Source: a virus. From it: DNA of 50,200 nucleotides. A model generated the notes under the pieces. That model saw only the letters and a list, made by a program, of their open reading frames with translations, was not told the DNA's origin and did no database searches. Below, piece after piece: positions 1-8,248 of the stretch; the first letter of the stretch is position 1, and each line of letters starts with the position of its first letter. The stretch lies in the IMG/VR virus record IMGVR_UViG_3300045988_033256. One strand, given 5' to 3'. Position numbers and translations under genes: made by a program.

Positions 1-119
1 CACTTACTGCATTCATTATTTTTCTTCCTTTCAAACACAAATCATCGGCGGGTGCGGAATCTCCGTATCTACCGGTCTCCACAGGTGCAGGCAATACGGA
101 TGGTTATTGATGTACTCCG
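1..119. repeat. Terminal overlap copy 1 (identical to 50082-50200)
   Basis: Read by eye, the 119-nt string cacttactgcattcatt...gatgtactccg is identical at both window ends. The match runs to the window edge. Confidence 0.95.
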
Positions 120-396
120 ACTTAGGCGGGTGGAATTGCATAACGCGCTCGTCCTCGCCGAAAAACATATCCTTAATCGCGCACATCTCGTCCCATGTCG
201 GGCAGCACTTGCGCTGTGCAGAGCCGGGCGAAACACTGACGTGCTCCCATCCCATGCCGTTGCTTGCAATCACTCGGAACGACTTGCCGCCAACATACAC
301 CTTGAAAACACCGTTTCCGCTGTCGCCGGTGCAGCCGTAAAACTCGCGTTCTCTGTCTTTCAGCCGAAACTTGTCCAGCTTGTGCAGGTCAATCAT
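31..396 (-). CDS. Conserved phage protein of unknown function (GMGWEHVSVS...PTWDEMC...FHPP...LHLW motif family)
   Basis: The ORF-track frame 31..465 is trimmed to the ATG at 396, which is preceded by GGAGGTGGACAGA. The 4-nt-type overlap with the upstream gene end (389) suggests coupling. The motif pattern is recalled from many prophages. Confidence 0.7.
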   Translation of the reverse strand: MIDLHKLDKFRLKDREREFYGCTGDSGNGVFKVYVGGKSFRVIASNGMGWEHVSVSPGSAQRKCCPTWDEMCAIKDMFFGEDERVMQFHPPKSEYINNHPYCLHLWRPVDTEIPHPPMICV

Positions 397-715
397 TCTG
401 TCCACCTCCATAATGTTCAACAATGTACTGGTTCGCCGTGGTTTCCGGCGCGGTTTTCCATGCAATCAAGCCGATCACGTTCGTGAGCAACATCACACCG
501 ACAAAAATCAATCCGCAGGCAGTGTATAAACCAAACACCGGTACCCCTTCGCTGTTGCATATGACACAAGCCAAGAGTATGAAAATTGATAAACCTATCG
601 CCAGTGCGCCCAAAATTACAAGCCATTGAAACTTGACCGATTCCCGCGCAATAACCTCCTGCACCAGTGTTTCCGGTGTAACGCCTATCTGTGCGGCGAT
701 TTCTGCAATGGTCAT
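389..715 (-). CDS. Membrane protein (2-3 TM helices) with an N-terminal HTH-like segment
   Basis: 108-aa ORF with an ATG at 715 in an ATGA overlap with the upstream gene. Hydrophobic stretches include WLVILGALAIGLSIFILLACVI and GLIFVGVMLLTNVIGLIAW. Confidence 0.65.
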   Translation of the reverse strand: MTIAEIAAQIGVTPETLVQEVIARESVKFQWLVILGALAIGLSIFILLACVICNSEGVPVFGLYTACGLIFVGVMLLTNVIGLIAWKTAPETTANQYIVEHYGGGQND

Positions 716-987
716 TCTTCCACCCTCTCATACGTCTTCGCGAACACATCAGGTTTACACGGGTAGTATTCGCCGTTTACACCCTTGATGATGTAGTCGC
801 CGATAGTGGCGTACATCATGCCCTCAAGAGTGCTTATCATCAAATCGTAATTAAGAATCACACCATCTGCACGCTGCTTGCGAGCAGTAAAAATTGCTGT
901 GTTTCCACAGAAATTCGCAATTCCTTCGCGGTTCTTACCCGTCCAACGGACGGCCTCAATCTCCACGGGTTTCTTTCTGTACTTCAT
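712..987 (-). CDS. Small conserved phage protein (PGDYG-like; ...GDYIIKGVNGEYYPCKPDVFAKTYE)
   Basis: 91-aa ORF with RBS AAAGGAGAG upstream of the ATG at 987. The C-terminal motif is typical of a widespread phage family. Confidence 0.7.
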   Translation of the reverse strand: MKYRKKPVEIEAVRWTGKNREGIANFCGNTAIFTARKQRADGVILNYDLMISTLEGMMYATIGDYIIKGVNGEYYPCKPDVFAKTYERVEE

Positions 988-1001
988 TCTTTGCTCTCCT
1001 T

Positions 1002-1226
1002 TCAGCCTTTCGGGTAAGCATCTTTCTTGCTCTTTGCTCGGATTCGATCAAAGGCAGCTTCAACCAGATTGCGCCAGAATGTGCAGTGCGCTGAAAATTC
1101 GAAAATTGCTTTACCACCGATGAACAGCAAGCACCAGAGCAATCCAAACAGAAGAATCAAACCGCCAAAAATTACGGTAACGCAAACATATGCGTTGACA
1201 ACCGGGGTAGGGATGTTAGGTATCAT
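1002..1226 (-). CDS. Small membrane protein
   Basis: 74-aa ORF with one long hydrophobic segment (VCVTVIFGGLILLFGLLWCLLFIGG). It overlaps the upstream gene end by 11 nt. Confidence 0.55.
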   Translation of the reverse strand: MIPNIPTPVVNAYVCVTVIFGGLILLFGLLWCLLFIGGKAIFEFSAHCTFWRNLVEAAFDRIRAKSKKDAYPKG

Positions 1227-1764
1227 CGTCCGTAACCTCCATCTCTCGAATCAGCCGGTTCAGATACCACCGTGCTTTCTTTAAGTCCTCCACACCGTTT
1301 TTGTTCCGGTGCCGCCAGAGGTACTTAAAGGAATTACACAGGCAAAAGTCCTTTACCGCCTCTACGCCAAACGCCGCCTGCATCGCGTCGATGCATTCAA
1401 TGCCGCCGGACGTGTAGTGCGCCGGGCGGTTTACCGGGTCAGGCTTTACTACTTCGAGGTACTTCTCGACATATTCGGTCATGTCATCCGTCGGATTGGA
1501 CACACCAAGGGTTCGGCGCTTCGGCTTTGCGTCCTCGCTGTTTTCCTCGACTATCTCGGCAATGGTGGGCGAGTTTTCTTCGATCACCTCAAATCCGAGA
1601 TACTGCGCCACCTCCGCAGGGTACGCATAGGCGTAATCTACGCAGCTTTCCCCTTTACGGCAACGCGTTCTGATTTCGCATTCTGTCATGCACGTTGTGC
1701 CGCAGTTTGCTTTCAGCATTGCCTCCGTGCTTTCGTAAACCTTCCCGTCTTTCTTAAACTTCAT
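1216..1764 (-). CDS. DUF3310-like phage protein
   Basis: The C-terminal PAHYTSGGIECIDAMQAAFG...FCLCNSFKYLWRHRNKNGVEDLKKARWYL is the classic DUF3310 signature. RBS AGGAGAAAG precedes the ATG at 1764. Confidence 0.8.
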   Translation of the reverse strand: MKFKKDGKVYESTEAMLKANCGTTCMTECEIRTRCRKGESCVDYAYAYPAEVAQYLGFEVIEENSPTIAEIVEENSEDAKPKRRTLGVSNPTDDMTEYVEKYLEVVKPDPVNRPAHYTSGGIECIDAMQAAFGVEAVKDFCLCNSFKYLWRHRNKNGVEDLKKARWYLNRLIREMEVTDDDT

Positions 1765-1933
1765 CGTCTTTCTCCTGTGTCATTCTCTCAACGGCTTTCT
1801 TCACGCCTGCCATAATCAAGCACCACTCACCCACCGTTAAATACGCAGCTATATCGCGCACCGCTGTAACAGCGTCACGCGCCATTTTCGGTTCAATCGG
1901 CTTGTCTATGTCGGCTTTGGTGATTTCACGCAT
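1754..1933 (-). CDS. Hypothetical protein (59 aa)
   Basis: Frame 1754..1960 is trimmed to the ATG at 1933, which is preceded by AGGAGGGCGGACA. It is coupled to both neighbours. Confidence 0.5.
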   Translation of the reverse strand: MREITKADIDKPIEPKMARDAVTAVRDIAAYLTVGEWCLIMAGVKKAVERMTQEKDDEV

Positions 1934-2177
1934 TGTCCGCCCTCCTGTTCCATGCTTCAACAGCTTCTTCGTATCTATCCCTGTTGGTAACAGGTGCTAT
2001 ATATTCTGCTCGTGAAATTACACTGTTCTGCCGAAAATAAATTCCGCATTTTTCACAACCGACACGACATTCGATGGTGAAAATAGGCATACTCACCATA
2101 TACAGATAGTTCGCTTTGCGTTCACAAGAAGCGGACGCCTCTCCCCCGCAGAACGGGCAAGGTTTCAGTTCAGCCAT
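1926..2177 (-). CDS. Lar-family restriction-alleviation-like protein
   Basis: The protein starts MAELKPCPFCGG and ends EEAVEAWNRRA, the hallmark ends of Lar-like proteins. The ATG at 2177 is preceded by GGAGG. Confidence 0.65.
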   Translation of the reverse strand: MAELKPCPFCGGEASASCERKANYLYMVSMPIFTIECRVGCEKCGIYFRQNSVISRAEYIAPVTNRDRYEEAVEAWNRRADNA

Positions 2178-2427
2178 TGTCCGCACCTCCGTCCTTTCTC
2201 TCGCCGTAGCTGCAAAAATTGTCAACACACATCGGCATATAGTTAAATGCACGGCAACGTACAAGGCCTCTCCGTTCTTCTGTGCGATATTTGCAATCCT
2301 TGCACCGCACCACTGGTACAACATCGGCAGTGGGAACGTCACGTACAGCCCATACCGGATTAAGCCCCTTTAGATACGCTTCTCCGACTGCATCTTCCGC
2401 CGCTTCACGCTCAATATATTCAGCCAT
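2170..2427 (-). CDS. Hypothetical Cys-containing phage protein (85 aa)
   Basis: Frame 2170..2496 is trimmed to the ATG at 2427 (MAEYIEREAA...VVRCKDCKY...). It has 8-nt overlaps with both neighbours. Confidence 0.6.
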   Translation of the reverse strand: MAEYIEREAAEDAVGEAYLKGLNPVWAVRDVPTADVVPVVRCKDCKYRTEERRGLVRCRAFNYMPMCVDNFCSYGERKDGGADNG

Positions 2428-2803
2428 TTTCGCACCCCTTTTCCAAATGAGTTGCACTTTTCTGCTTCTCAAAGTAAAACTCAATCGGCTTTTCATTCTC
2501 GATCACATTCCCGTAAACTACGCCAACCTTATAAATGTAATTTTCGCGCAGCTTTCTCGGAATTTCCGCGATGTAGCGCCGGAATGTTTCCAGCGTATTG
2601 GCTCGCTTATAATGATTGCACATTCGACAGGACGGCATGAGATTCGAAATATCATCTGTCCCCGCATCTTCAATTCCCCATGCCCTCAGTGGGAGAAAAT
2701 GATCTACTTGCATATCTTTGTATGCAATCTCTCTGCCGCAATAAGCACAGTGTCCGTCGTATTTGCGGTATACTTCTTCGCGGGTTTTCTTACTTATCGC
2801 CAT
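2420..2803 (-). CDS. HNH endonuclease
   Basis: GHCAYCG...VDHFLPL...NLMPSCRMCNHYK is a canonical HNH motif. The start is trimmed to the ATG at 2803. Confidence 0.85.
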   Translation of the reverse strand: MAISKKTREEVYRKYDGHCAYCGREIAYKDMQVDHFLPLRAWGIEDAGTDDISNLMPSCRMCNHYKRANTLETFRRYIAEIPRKLRENYIYKVGVVYGNVIENEKPIEFYFEKQKSATHLEKGCENG

Positions 2804-2895
2804 CGTTTTTCTCCCATTCCTCGCTTCTCCGATAAATTTCCTCCGCATAATCGTCCAATTCACAGTCGCCGCCAATTCCGGTTTTCACGGTCACC

Positions 2896-3942
2896 TCAAA
2901 AAACGTATTTTTCGTGTGCAATCCGAAGATCGCTCTCTCGCACATCTAAGTAAATCTGTGTCGTGGAGAGTTCTTCATGCCCGAGCATCATGGAAACCAT
3001 TTCGATCGGCATACCACGCCGCAGAGCAAATGTTGCACAAGTCCGGCGAAAACGGTGTGCATGAGCGCCCTGAACGCCCGCCCTTTCAGCAACGCGCTTA
3101 CACAAGCAATTCACGCTTTCGCGTGAGAAATGCCCCTCTGCGACCATATCCGGATTCCGAAACCAAGCCTCCTTGCGTGATGGCTTCGTAATGCGCCTCG
3201 GAAACAGATATTCGTTGTTATCGCTGCGTTCCTTGAGATATGCATTGATCGCAACAAGAGCTCTTGCACTCAGGTATACCGTCCGCACCTTGTCGCCTTT
3301 ACCGATCACAGTGATTTTGTCGCCGTTGATGTCGTCCTTTCGGATTGCACACACCTCTGCGGCGCGGCATCCGGTAGACAAAAGCGTTTCAAGCATTGCT
3401 GTTTCAAATGACGTTCTGCAAGCTACACGCATTCGCTCAACTTCCATATCAGTAAACGCCGACTCTTTTCTGCGCTTGCACTTAATAGCTTCCACGCGAT
3501 CTATCGGATTTCTGGTTATAATCTCTTCTTTAGTCAAATAGGTGTAGAAGCTGGACAGAAACCGTCTAACGTCATTGCAGTATGTCTTCGTTCGTCCTTT
3601 GGTCATCAGTTGAGCGATATACACCTGTATATCCTCGCTGCGCACCTCGTCCGCATTTTTCTGGATTGTGCGCAGGAACAGCCCCACAGCTTGCAGATAA
3701 ACCTCTATCGTGCGCGGACTGCGACCCGCAACCGCCTTGGCGACTGCAAATCGCTTCATCAGCACCTCATTGCGTGTTTTGCCATAGGGCACGATCGCTG
3801 TTTCCTTTGGGCGGACATCGTAATCATACAGAATGATCTCCAGCTGACTCTTGACAATCTGCAGGTCGCTGCCTGACTGTATATACACATCCAGCAATCG
3901 GTCGATCAATTTTTCTGTCAGTTGCACATCATCATCTCCCAT
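2896..3942 (-). CDS. Tyrosine site-specific recombinase (XerC/D-like), second tyrosine recombinase of the phage
   Basis: The C-terminal catalytic signature is AHAHRFRRTCAT...LGHEELSTTQIYLDV. An N-terminal SAM-like core-binding domain is present. It overlaps the upstream HsdM-like gene by 25 nt. Confidence 0.9.
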   Translation of the reverse strand: MGDDDVQLTEKLIDRLLDVYIQSGSDLQIVKSQLEIILYDYDVRPKETAIVPYGKTRNEVLMKRFAVAKAVAGRSPRTIEVYLQAVGLFLRTIQKNADEVRSEDIQVYIAQLMTKGRTKTYCNDVRRFLSSFYTYLTKEEIITRNPIDRVEAIKCKRRKESAFTDMEVERMRVACRTSFETAMLETLLSTGCRAAEVCAIRKDDINGDKITVIGKGDKVRTVYLSARALVAINAYLKERSDNNEYLFPRRITKPSRKEAWFRNPDMVAEGHFSRESVNCLCKRVAERAGVQGAHAHRFRRTCATFALRRGMPIEMVSMMLGHEELSTTQIYLDVRESDLRIAHEKYVF

Positions 3943-4646
3943 CGTATCCGTTCACACCAGGCATCTGACAAATACAATCCCGGCATGAACCAGATGTCCT
4001 GACCTGCTTTCCGGCGCGGAATGATTTTTCCCACTGCCGGGTTTGACAGTGTATCCGCAATCACTACATAACCGGCACAGCCAAGCAGGCTGAGTTGAAT
4101 GTAACACATCAGCGCCGCCGTGCGGTCTACGTCCTGCCCTACGAACAACGTCTGATCCGTTCCGATGCCCGCGTGTTGCAGACTGTTTCGCGCCGCGATC
4201 AGCGTTGCACCCGCACCGCACGCACAGTCGTTCACCTTACAGTATCCGTGTTCTGCTACCTGTTCGACAGCACTTCGGATCGTTACCGACGACAGCAGCC
4301 TGCACACACTGTACGGAGTGAAAAACTGACCATGCCAATGACTGCCAAGTTCCAGCCGCATAAACATATCACCAAGGAAATCCTGTTCCGACTGCTCTTC
4401 CAGTGCCGTCACCATTTGTGCAAACAGTTCTGCGAAAACGCTCTGTTCCGCTCTGTCGTACTGCTGCATGATCTCGTTATACTGCTTTTCGCGCTTTGCC
4501 TGCATATCACAGCGGTTTGACAACGCAATCGCAGTCAGCTGTACAAAGTCGCTCCACACCTGCCATGCACTTGTATGGCTGCACAGCTTTTGGAACGTCT
4601 GGCAGAAAGTTTTCTGTGCCTCAGTTTGAAAAGCAGGCGCTTTCAT
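3918..4646 (-). CDS. HsdM/N6-adenine-methyltransferase-like protein lacking the catalytic NPPF/Y motif
   Basis: It contains GQFFTPYSV (HsdM motif X), VNDCACGAGATL (SAM motif I), GQDVDRTAALMCYIQLSLLG and IADTL. It then ends after 242 aa with no (N/D)PP(F/Y/W). Confidence 0.7.
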   Translation of the reverse strand: MKAPAFQTEAQKTFCQTFQKLCSHTSAWQVWSDFVQLTAIALSNRCDMQAKREKQYNEIMQQYDRAEQSVFAELFAQMVTALEEQSEQDFLGDMFMRLELGSHWHGQFFTPYSVCRLLSSVTIRSAVEQVAEHGYCKVNDCACGAGATLIAARNSLQHAGIGTDQTLFVGQDVDRTAALMCYIQLSLLGCAGYVVIADTLSNPAVGKIIPRRKAGQDIWFMPGLYLSDAWCERIRWEMMMCN

Positions 4647-4756
4647 TTTGTCAGCAACTCCTTCCGCAGCTCTTTGAGCTTGTCCGTCAGCAGGCTCTCG
4701 GCCTTGCTCCCGGCTTTCAGCTTGCCGCCCTGTCCGCAGAATTTACATTTTGCCAT
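4643..4756 (-). CDS. Small CxxC peptide (37 aa), translationally coupled to the HsdM-like gene
   Basis: Hand translation gives MAKCKFCGQGGKLKAGSKAESLLTDKLKELRKELLTK. Strong RBS AGGAGAGGAGAACAACCA precedes the ATG at 4756. Its TGA overlaps the next ATG (ATGA). It is below the ORF-track size cutoff. Confidence 0.5.
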   Translation of the reverse strand: MAKCKFCGQGGKLKAGSKAESLLTDKLKELRKELLTK

Positions 4757-4776
4757 TGGTTGTTCTCCTCTCCTGT

Positions 4777-5976
4777 TCAACTATGATTGACGCGGCACCA
4801 ATGCCGCTGTGCTTTCTTCTTCCGTGCCGTCCGGCAGGCGCCGCAGAAACGGTTCTCTTTCCTCTCGTAGAACGTGCCGCCGCACCGAGCGCAATACTGC
4901 GGACGGATACGCCGAAATTCTGTGCAGTCATCGCAATTCGCGCAGCCGGCAGAGCACCCACCGAAGTCGTCCCAGTTCTGGCACATAAAACGCTGCCAAT
5001 ACGGATCGTAGCCCAGGTCATTCGCCCGTTTCCGCAGTAGACCCGCGAGATATGACAGCTGCTTGCGCACCTCTGTTCTCGTGGTGGACAGGTACACCGC
5101 CTGCTTGACTTTCGGCTCCGGCGCACCGGCTCCCCACGGACCATCGCCCATATATTCGCGCACCTTATCCGCGTTTTCGGTCAGATACACCGTGTAGACC
5201 TTGCCGCGCACCGCCTTTTCCGACTTTCCGAGCGCTTGTCCGATTGCCATGTAGCTGTCACCGTGACGGATACCGTCCGCCAGAACTGCATAGTCGTTAT
5301 CTGACCACATTGCGCTTTTTCCGTGGTTATCTGCCTTAACCGGTCTGTCCTTAATGCCGAGGTCCCGGCACCGGTGCTGGATCGCACCAGTTGTACGGTG
5401 CAGCAGTTCCGACAGCTCCGCCCATGTATATCTGTGCTGACTGAGCAGCATTTTAAGGCGGCTGTCCTCGTCTGCCGTCCAAGGATCCTTGCGCTGGATC
5501 GCGCAGGCGCGGTAATCTTTTTTGCGCTGCTCTGCGACCCACGACGGTTCCCAGCCGAGTGCCAGCGGCTCCATTTTCGAGAAGTTGAGGAAACTGCGGT
5601 TGCGCTCCGCCCATTTCCAGAACTCCTCCAGATAGACCACAGAAAAGCTGCACTGGCGGACTTTCTTTCGGTGCACCGGCAGGCCGCGGTTCTCTACCCA
5701 GCTTTTGCGCTGGTAGGTTTTGCCGCTTTCCCTTCCTGTCACTGTGGCGAGCAACTGGTTCAGCGTGACGTACCCGCCTGCCATCAGCACAGCTCCCAAG
5801 CCGAGCCGCTGGGCCCGAACAACGACCGCGTTCTCCGTGCGGTTCAATTTCTTCGCGATGGCGGGCACCGATGCATAGCCCCACTTCTCTGTCAGATAGC
5901 TTTCATCCTCCGGTGTCCATGGGCGCTTGCCGAGCGGCGGAGATTTACGCTTGCGAACCGCTGCCGCTGTTTCCAT
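4777..5976 (-). CDS. DNA-binding protein with three Myb/SANT-like repeats and a C-terminal Cys-rich (zinc-ribbon-like) basic tail
   Basis: Three W..ED..L...W-type repeats (PWTPEDESYL, DPWTADEDSRL, MWSDNDYAVL). The C-terminus is CANCDDC...YCARCGG...FCGACRTARKKK. RBS AAAGGAGAA is present. Confidence 0.75.
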   Translation of the reverse strand: METAAAVRKRKSPPLGKRPWTPEDESYLTEKWGYASVPAIAKKLNRTENAVVVRAQRLGLGAVLMAGGYVTLNQLLATVTGRESGKTYQRKSWVENRGLPVHRKKVRQCSFSVVYLEEFWKWAERNRSFLNFSKMEPLALGWEPSWVAEQRKKDYRACAIQRKDPWTADEDSRLKMLLSQHRYTWAELSELLHRTTGAIQHRCRDLGIKDRPVKADNHGKSAMWSDNDYAVLADGIRHGDSYMAIGQALGKSEKAVRGKVYTVYLTENADKVREYMGDGPWGAGAPEPKVKQAVYLSTTRTEVRKQLSYLAGLLRKRANDLGYDPYWQRFMCQNWDDFGGCSAGCANCDDCTEFRRIRPQYCARCGGTFYERKENRFCGACRTARKKKAQRHWCRVNHS

Positions 5977-6096
5977 CTCTCATTCTCCTTTCAAGCGAAT
6001 TACATCGGGTTGTATTACCCGTTTTCGCGCTCCTCACGATTCACGCTCGCCGCCGGCGAAAAACCATCCGGGTACCGCCGTTCCAGCTTCTCGCAT

Positions 6097-6477
6097 TTAA
6101 CCTGTTTCATCCTCATCCGCTCCTATAATTTCAACCTCAACCCGCGGGTGTTTGGAATCCACCTCAAAGTGATCTTCAAACCCTCGGATATTCTTCCAAC
6201 CGTCGTTCGACAGGTATCGTGCTTTCACCAACGCATCCTGAATCACCTTTCTGCCAAACGCGCAGATATTGTCCTTGTCCCGTCTCCGGTCTTTTTCGTA
6301 CCAACGATAGACCATATACACCGGCTCCTCAAATTCCACGTTTCCGAGCTGTCTTGCCGCGTGCATCACAACGGTTTCGCACTTCTTTTTCAGTTGTGCG
6401 CCTAAGTACCGGTTGCGCCGTTCCGCCTCGATCAGCTCATTCAGTCCCGGCAGCGGGCCTTTGATTACAAATTTCAT
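6097..6477 (-). CDS. rusA: RusA-family Holliday junction resolvase
   Basis: 126 aa with PGLNELI...RRRDKDNICAFGRKVIQDALVKARYLSNDGW...EVEI, matching the RusA pattern. It has an ATGA-type overlap with the upstream gene. Confidence 0.8.
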   Translation of the reverse strand: MKFVIKGPLPGLNELIEAERRNRYLGAQLKKKCETVVMHAARQLGNVEFEEPVYMVYRWYEKDRRRDKDNICAFGRKVIQDALVKARYLSNDGWKNIRGFEDHFEVDSKHPRVEVEIIGADEDETG

Positions 6478-7196
6478 CTTTCACCTCTGCTGGCTTTCAC
6501 TCGTGCCGCCCACTCATTTTCCCAGTCACTGGCGGCGGGCGCACCGTTAAACATCGGCGCATCCGTTTTGGTTTTCTTCGGCTTGTCTTCGATTCTGTCC
6601 CAAATGATACCCTTCCACCTCTGTGACATACTCAGCCGGATAACCTCGGCTACTGCCTGTTCGCCGTGCTGCTTTACGCGGTTCTCAATCATCGTGAGAA
6701 GGTTTCTGAGACTGGTTGGCTCGTATGCATCCCTGCGCTCCTTCTTGTATGTAATCCAATCTTGAACCGCCGAACATACCGGCTCCGAAAACCGTTCCGT
6801 CAGGTCGAGTTTCTTATCGGCTTCTTGGGCTTTTGGCTTCGGTTTAGGCTTCGGCGAACATTTTGCCGGTGTTGTCGCTTCGTCCGGCGTACTTTGGTAC
6901 TCATCATACTTGCTGACGGTAATCACGGTGTAGTGCCGATTGGTTTCCACCGTGATTTCGCCGGTCTTTTTCAGTTTACCGAGCGCCGTCCTTACCTGCT
7001 GCACAGACAGTCCGCTTTCCGCCGAGAGTGCCGCATAACTGGTCGCAAACGCACCGCGAGGTATTTCTATACCCTGCCACTCGCAAGCCTTGTAATTGGC
7101 TCTCAACAGGATGTGAAGCCATAACTTGCAGGTGGGGAGGTCTTTGTACCATCCCCACTCTGTCAATGCGCGGTGCAGTTTTATGTGCCCGTTCAT
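6474..7196 (-). CDS. Phage replisome organizer / DnaD-like replication initiation protein
   Basis: The N-terminal IKLHRALTEWGWYKDLPTCKLWLHILLRANY is typical of replisome-organizer N-domains. It has a PKPKPKPK linker and a DnaD-like C-terminus. Confidence 0.75.
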   Translation of the reverse strand: MNGHIKLHRALTEWGWYKDLPTCKLWLHILLRANYKACEWQGIEIPRGAFATSYAALSAESGLSVQQVRTALGKLKKTGEITVETNRHYTVITVSKYDEYQSTPDEATTPAKCSPKPKPKPKAQEADKKLDLTERFSEPVCSAVQDWITYKKERRDAYEPTSLRNLLTMIENRVKQHGEQAVAEVIRLSMSQRWKGIIWDRIEDKPKKTKTDAPMFNGAPAASDWENEWAARVKASRGER

Positions 7197-7212
7197 CGTC
7201 CCTCACCACCTG

Positions 7213-7608
7213 TTAAAACGGCGGTTCGTCATCGTCCGCCTCGTCGGTCGGAATAAAATCGCTGTTACCGCTGCTCTGTTCGCGGTTCTTCTTGGTCTCG
7301 CCGAAGCTGACTTCCTCGCAGTTCAGTTCGATTGCGGTACGGTTGTTGCCGTTCTGGTCTTGCCACTTGCGGGACTGGATACGGCCAACAACGATTGCCA
7401 TCATCCCCTTCGAGAACCACTGTGCAACGAATTCTGCCTGCTTGTTCCATGCAACGCAGTCGATAAAATCGGTCTGCTTCTCGCCGTTTGCGTCCTTGCG
7501 GTCTCGGTCAATCGCCAGCGTGAACGAACAAACCGCTGTGCCGCTCTGTGTGTGGCGTAACTCCGGGTCTCGCGTCAGCCGACCCATTAAAATTCCCTTA
7601 TTCAGCAT
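7213..7608 (-). CDS. ssb: Single-stranded DNA-binding protein
   Basis: MLNKGILMGRLTRDPELR...VAWNKQAEF...IVVGRIQSRKW is an OB-fold signature. The acidic tail is DDDEPPF. The start is trimmed to the ATG at 7608. Confidence 0.9.
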   Translation of the reverse strand: MLNKGILMGRLTRDPELRHTQSGTAVCSFTLAIDRDRKDANGEKQTDFIDCVAWNKQAEFVAQWFSKGMMAIVVGRIQSRKWQDQNGNNRTAIELNCEEVSFGETKKNREQSSGNSDFIPTDEADDDEPPF

Positions 7609-7778
7609 TTGCAAATCTCCTTCGTGATGTACGATTTCAGTTCTTCCGGCGTGTAATACACCCGAGCGCCGATACGCACGCAACGGATATAACCCGCCTT
7701 GTGGATTTCGTCCAGTGTGTCAACGCTGATGTTCAGCGCGTCCGCCGCTTCCTTGCGCGTAAGTAACAGCTTTTCCAT
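7602..7778 (-). CDS. Excisionase/MerR-type HTH DNA-binding protein (58 aa)
   Basis: Hand translation gives MEKLLLTRKEAADALNISVDTLDEIHKAGYIRCVRIGARVYYTPEELKSYITKEICKC. The ATG directly follows the upstream stop (TAAATG), and its TGA overlaps the ssb ATG. It is below the ORF-track cutoff. Confidence 0.65.
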   Translation of the reverse strand: MEKLLLTRKEAADALNISVDTLDEIHKAGYIRCVRIGARVYYTPEELKSYITKEICKC

Positions 7779-8084
7779 TTATCGTCCCGTCCCTTTCGTA
7801 TACTTCTGGTTTTCCTCGCTCCACATGGGATAGAGGCTTTGCAGGTACTCCCGCATTTCCCGCTTGATTTCCTTTCCGTCACCCTGATCTGCCTCTCGGT
7901 GACACTCCGGGCACAGCATGACTAAATTTGTCGGGATGCCCATGCCGCCGCGTGCTCTGCTGACATAATGTGCCGCCTGCAACACTCCGCCTTTCCCGCA
8001 GTGGCGGCAAATGCCGCCGTCCCGCTCCCAGCATTCGCGCCATACCGCCGGGCTAATGCCGGTAAACTTGGTCTGCCGTCTCAT
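7779..8084 (-). CDS. HNH-type nuclease (101 aa)
   Basis: CRHCGK...AAHYVSRARGG...NLVMLCPECH is an HNH-like motif. The start is trimmed to the ATG at 8084, in an ATGA overlap with the upstream ORF. Confidence 0.7.
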   Translation of the reverse strand: MRRQTKFTGISPAVWRECWERDGGICRHCGKGGVLQAAHYVSRARGGMGIPTNLVMLCPECHREADQGDGKEIKREMREYLQSLYPMWSEENQKYTKGTGR

Positions 8085-8248
8085 TCTTCCATGTCCTTTC
8101 TCGCCGCGCGTTCCAGTCTGCGCTTTGCCGTCCGGCGATTTGCTTTTTTCATCTTTGCCCAACCTCTGTGGTTATAAGCCCAGCACTCGTATTTGTGCGA
8201 AAATTCGCCGGGGTTTCTTGCAAATCTCTTGTAGTTTCCCCACTTCAT
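8081..8248 (-). CDS. Small highly basic protein (55 aa)
   Basis: Frame 8081..8338 is trimmed to the ATG at 8248 (MKWGNYKRFARNPGEF...). It has ATGA overlaps on both sides. Confidence 0.45.
   Translation of the reverse strand: MKWGNYKRFARNPGEFSHKYECWAYNHRGWAKMKKANRRTAKRRLERAARKDMEE

Noticed and set aside
1-119. attL/attR-type direct repeats or prophage boundaries at the window ends
   Set aside because: The repeat falls inside a coding operon (gene 49783..50097 spans the junction). The real att core, the tRNA-Thr fragment next to int, lies at 17.8 kb.
3918-4646. Functional Type I restriction-modification system
   Set aside because: There is no hsdS or hsdR in the genome, and the HsdM-like ORF lacks the NPPF/Y catalytic motif.
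5323-6405. Long antisense ORFs opposite well-supported genes (5323..6405, 17991..19076, 19406..20116 part of 19406..20884, 22270..23337, 26364..27392, 37233..39002, 44563..45384)
   Set aside because: They lack RBSs and have Arg/Cys/His-rich composition typical of GC-rich antisense frames. Each lies fully opposite a gene with recognisable motifs or operon coupling.
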